A stretch of 39,385 bases of DNA from positions 1 through 39,385 of IMG/VR virus record IMGVR_UViG_3300005758_000262; one strand, 5' to 3'. This document shows, piece by piece, positions 37,623-39,385 of the stretch (the first letter of the stretch is position 1; the number at the start of each line of letters is the position of its first letter). Origin of the DNA: a virus (taxonomy: Duplodnaviria > Caudoviricetes). The translations under genes were made by a program, and so were the position numbers. The notes under the pieces are model-generated. The model was not told the DNA's origin, made no database searches, and saw only the letters and a program-made list of their open reading frames with translations.

Positions 37623-38147
37623 TTAAACAAACGTGTTACAGCAGGGGCATTTAATTGCAATTGGGTAATTTCGTATAAAATCATCAACCCAAACTCTAAT
37701 ATCTTCAAACTTAAGATTAAAACCATCTGATAAAATCAAAGCTAACTCCTTATTATCAAACTCATCTCCTTCTTTAACCCATTTAGCATTAGGAGATATT
37801 TCTCCTATTACTTTATAGTAACCTTTTAACGGTTCTTTTGAAACAATAGTAGGATTCGGGTTCTCTAAATCTAAATCTGTAACCCATAACATACCTACAA
37901 ATTGCTTTTTCAGTTCATATTCAGTATTAAAAGGAGGTTCTTTATAGACAGTATCTCCAACCTTTACATCTCTACTACAAAGAAATAATTTTACAGGTTT
38001 GAGATTTAACTCTTTCTGATTCTTAAATATAGAGGGGGTTAATTCAATATCAGCTACATCTAAAGAATTATTATCCATCCACATAAACTTTTCTTTAGAT
38101 TTTATTTCTCCTTCAACAGGGAGATATTTTGCAAAGTATGGTTTCAT
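37623..38147 (-). CDS. Hypothetical protein
   Basis: 174 aa ORF with a C-terminal KCPCC. Confidence 0.7.
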   Translation of the reverse strand: MKPYFAKYLPVEGEIKSKEKFMWMDNNSLDVADIELTPSIFKNQKELNLKPVKLFLCSRDVKVGDTVYKEPPFNTEYELKKQFVGMLWVTDLDLENPNPTIVSKEPLKGYYKVIGEISPNAKWVKEGDEFDNKELALILSDGFNLKFEDIRVWVDDFIRNYPIAIKCPCCNTFV

Positions 38148-38353
38148 TGTTTTATTATTAAACTATCATTTAAATGCATTCTCCATCCCTCTTCCGTGAG
38201 GATGATATATTCTTTATTCTTTGTATAACCTATTAGTGTACCATATTCTACATGTTTTCCATCTGTAGTGTAATATATTGGTTTAGGTTGTATAAGTTTA
38301 ATTGTAGGACTACAAGAAGATATGAATATTAGTAGTATTATTATGTATTTCAT
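38144..38353 (-). CDS. Putative lipoprotein
   Basis: MKYIIILLIFISSC signal peptide with a lipobox-like Cys; start at 38353 is coupled to the upstream stop by TAATG. Confidence 0.65.
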   Translation of the reverse strand: MKYIIILLIFISSCSPTIKLIQPKPIYYTTDGKHVEYGTLIGYTKNKEYIILTEEGWRMHLNDSLIIKQ

Positions 38354-38685
38354 TATTTTAAACATTTAGGATAAATACAATTGTTATTTAATGTACAGCT
38401 TTCTCCTTCTCTTTTAATACCATTTTTAGAGCAGTTATACTCTTTATCTCTTAAAAATTCCCATATTTCATTATATAATGATGTTTGGTCATTGATGCCT
38501 CCTTGATAGTAAAGATTTTTTAGTCTAATAAGGAGATTTGTAGCTGTTTGTAATTCTCCTTTATATAATTCTTCAGCTTTATCATAACCTAATAAGAAAT
38601 TAGCTATTCTAGGAGGTTTATCTATATATTTACCAATTCCTTCTCCTGTAGTAATTTCTTCTGCTAATTGTTCTCTATTATTCAT
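38353..38685 (-). CDS. Hypothetical protein with a Cys-rich C-terminus
   Basis: 110 aa ORF ending CSKNGIKREGESCTLNNNCIYPKCLK. Confidence 0.7.
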   Translation of the reverse strand: MNNREQLAEEITTGEGIGKYIDKPPRIANFLLGYDKAEELYKGELQTATNLLIRLKNLYYQGGINDQTSLYNEIWEFLRDKEYNCSKNGIKREGESCTLNNNCIYPKCLK

Positions 38686-38686
38686 T

Positions 38687-38821
38687 TTAATAATATTCTA
38701 CTTTTGTTTGACTACATATTTTACACTTATACTTCATATATCTGTTTCCCCATTCTATCCATTCATAATTATGATTAATAAAACAAGTGTTATCCCACCA
38801 GTTTTTAATATTTAAAAACAT
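38687..38821 (-). CDS. Small zinc-finger-like protein (44 aa, not in ORF track)
   Basis: MFLNIKNWWDNTCFINHNY...YKCKICSQTKVEYY*; CxxxH...CxxC pattern; fills the gap with 1 nt spacing on both sides. Confidence 0.75.
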   Translation of the reverse strand: MFLNIKNWWDNTCFINHNYEWIEWGNRYMKYKCKICSQTKVEYY

Positions 38822-38822
38822 A

Positions 38823-39110
38823 TTATTCATTTTCTAATTCTTTTAGGAATAAATCAAATAGTTCTTTAGTTGTATAATTTTGATTAGTTCCAGCTAATTG
38901 CCAACCCATTCTGTCTGCATCTAAATCAATCATTTCAAAATCTTTCAATAGATATGTAGCAAATTTTACAGCTATATCTTTATAATAAGTTTCAGAATCA
39001 TTAAAACCATCTAAATATAGTTGTTTTATATAGTATTTGGGTATATTATAATTATATAATCCTATAAAACCTTCAACTTTTGAATTTGCTAGTTGTTCTT
39101 TATCTACCAT
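38823..39110 (-). CDS. Hypothetical protein
   Basis: 95 aa ORF. Confidence 0.7.
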   Translation of the reverse strand: MVDKEQLANSKVEGFIGLYNYNIPKYYIKQLYLDGFNDSETYYKDIAVKFATYLLKDFEMIDLDADRMGWQLAGTNQNYTTKELFDLFLKELENE

Positions 39111-39385
39111 TTTATTTGTTTTAAATGTCCTTCTAATGATTCATAACCTGATTCATTTTCTCTATAAATTACATTATCTCTACCAGCTTCAAAAGCTTCT
39201 TCTATATACGGTTTTAATGGCTTTGAAATATCATTGTAAACGTATTTTAAATAAGTCCTAGCACCATCTAAAAATTGAGTATCCTCTTCAAAACCTTCTT
39301 TTTGTTTAGTTTTAAAGTAGTCTTTTTCAATTTCAGCTATTTTCTTTTCTAATTCTTCTTTATTTAATATTATTAGTTTATCTAT
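39104..39385 (-). CDS. Hypothetical protein (5' truncated by the window, not in ORF track)
   Basis: Open frame from the window end: IDKLIILNKEELEK...IEEAFEAGRD...KQIKW*. Confidence 0.7.
   Translation of the reverse strand: MDKLIILNKEELEKKIAEIEKDYFKTKQKEGFEEDTQFLDGARTYLKYVYNDISKPLKPYIEEAFEAGRDNVIYRENESGYESLEGHLKQIKW

Noticed and set aside
1-39385. Stop-codon reassignment (TAG or TGA), known in some crAss-like phages
   Set aside because: Long genes are intact in the standard code, TAG and TGA end genes at sensible boundaries, and the three broken genes are explained by introns.
1-39385. tRNA genes, CRISPR arrays, integrase, diversity-generating retroelement, inteins
   Set aside because: No cloverleaf, spaced repeat array, recombinase or reverse transcriptase motifs, or intein termini were seen by eye.

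Overview
AT-rich fragment of a crAss-like (Crassvirales-type) phage genome in the standard genetic code, with a probable Bacteroidota host. Positions 1-8714 (+) hold the C-terminal part of a giant virion RNA polymerase (DFDID motif, with SLOG-like and ASCH-like domains at its tail) and a second giant putative virion protein. A bidirectional terminator follows. The rest is one tightly packed minus-strand block. It contains replication genes (family B polymerase, primase, DnaB-like helicase, AAA ATPase, SSB-like protein, PD-(D/E)xK exonuclease, RusA-like resolvase, Ung), nucleotide-pool enzymes and an ECF-sigma-like gene. It also holds a two-locus peptide/amide-ligation set: amidoligase, class II glutamine amidotransferase, ATP-grasp ligase, phiEco32-type COOH-NH2 ligase and two class I amidotransferases. 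Three group I introns were resolved by hand to exact predicted splice sites: in polB (with a GIY-YIG ORF), in the COOH-NH2 ligase (with a LAGLIDADG ORF) and in a class I amidotransferase (no ORF). Other candidates are a degenerate HisRS-like protein, two long intergenic hairpins and several small ORFs missed by the track. All protein calls come from motif recognition by eye; no database search was run.
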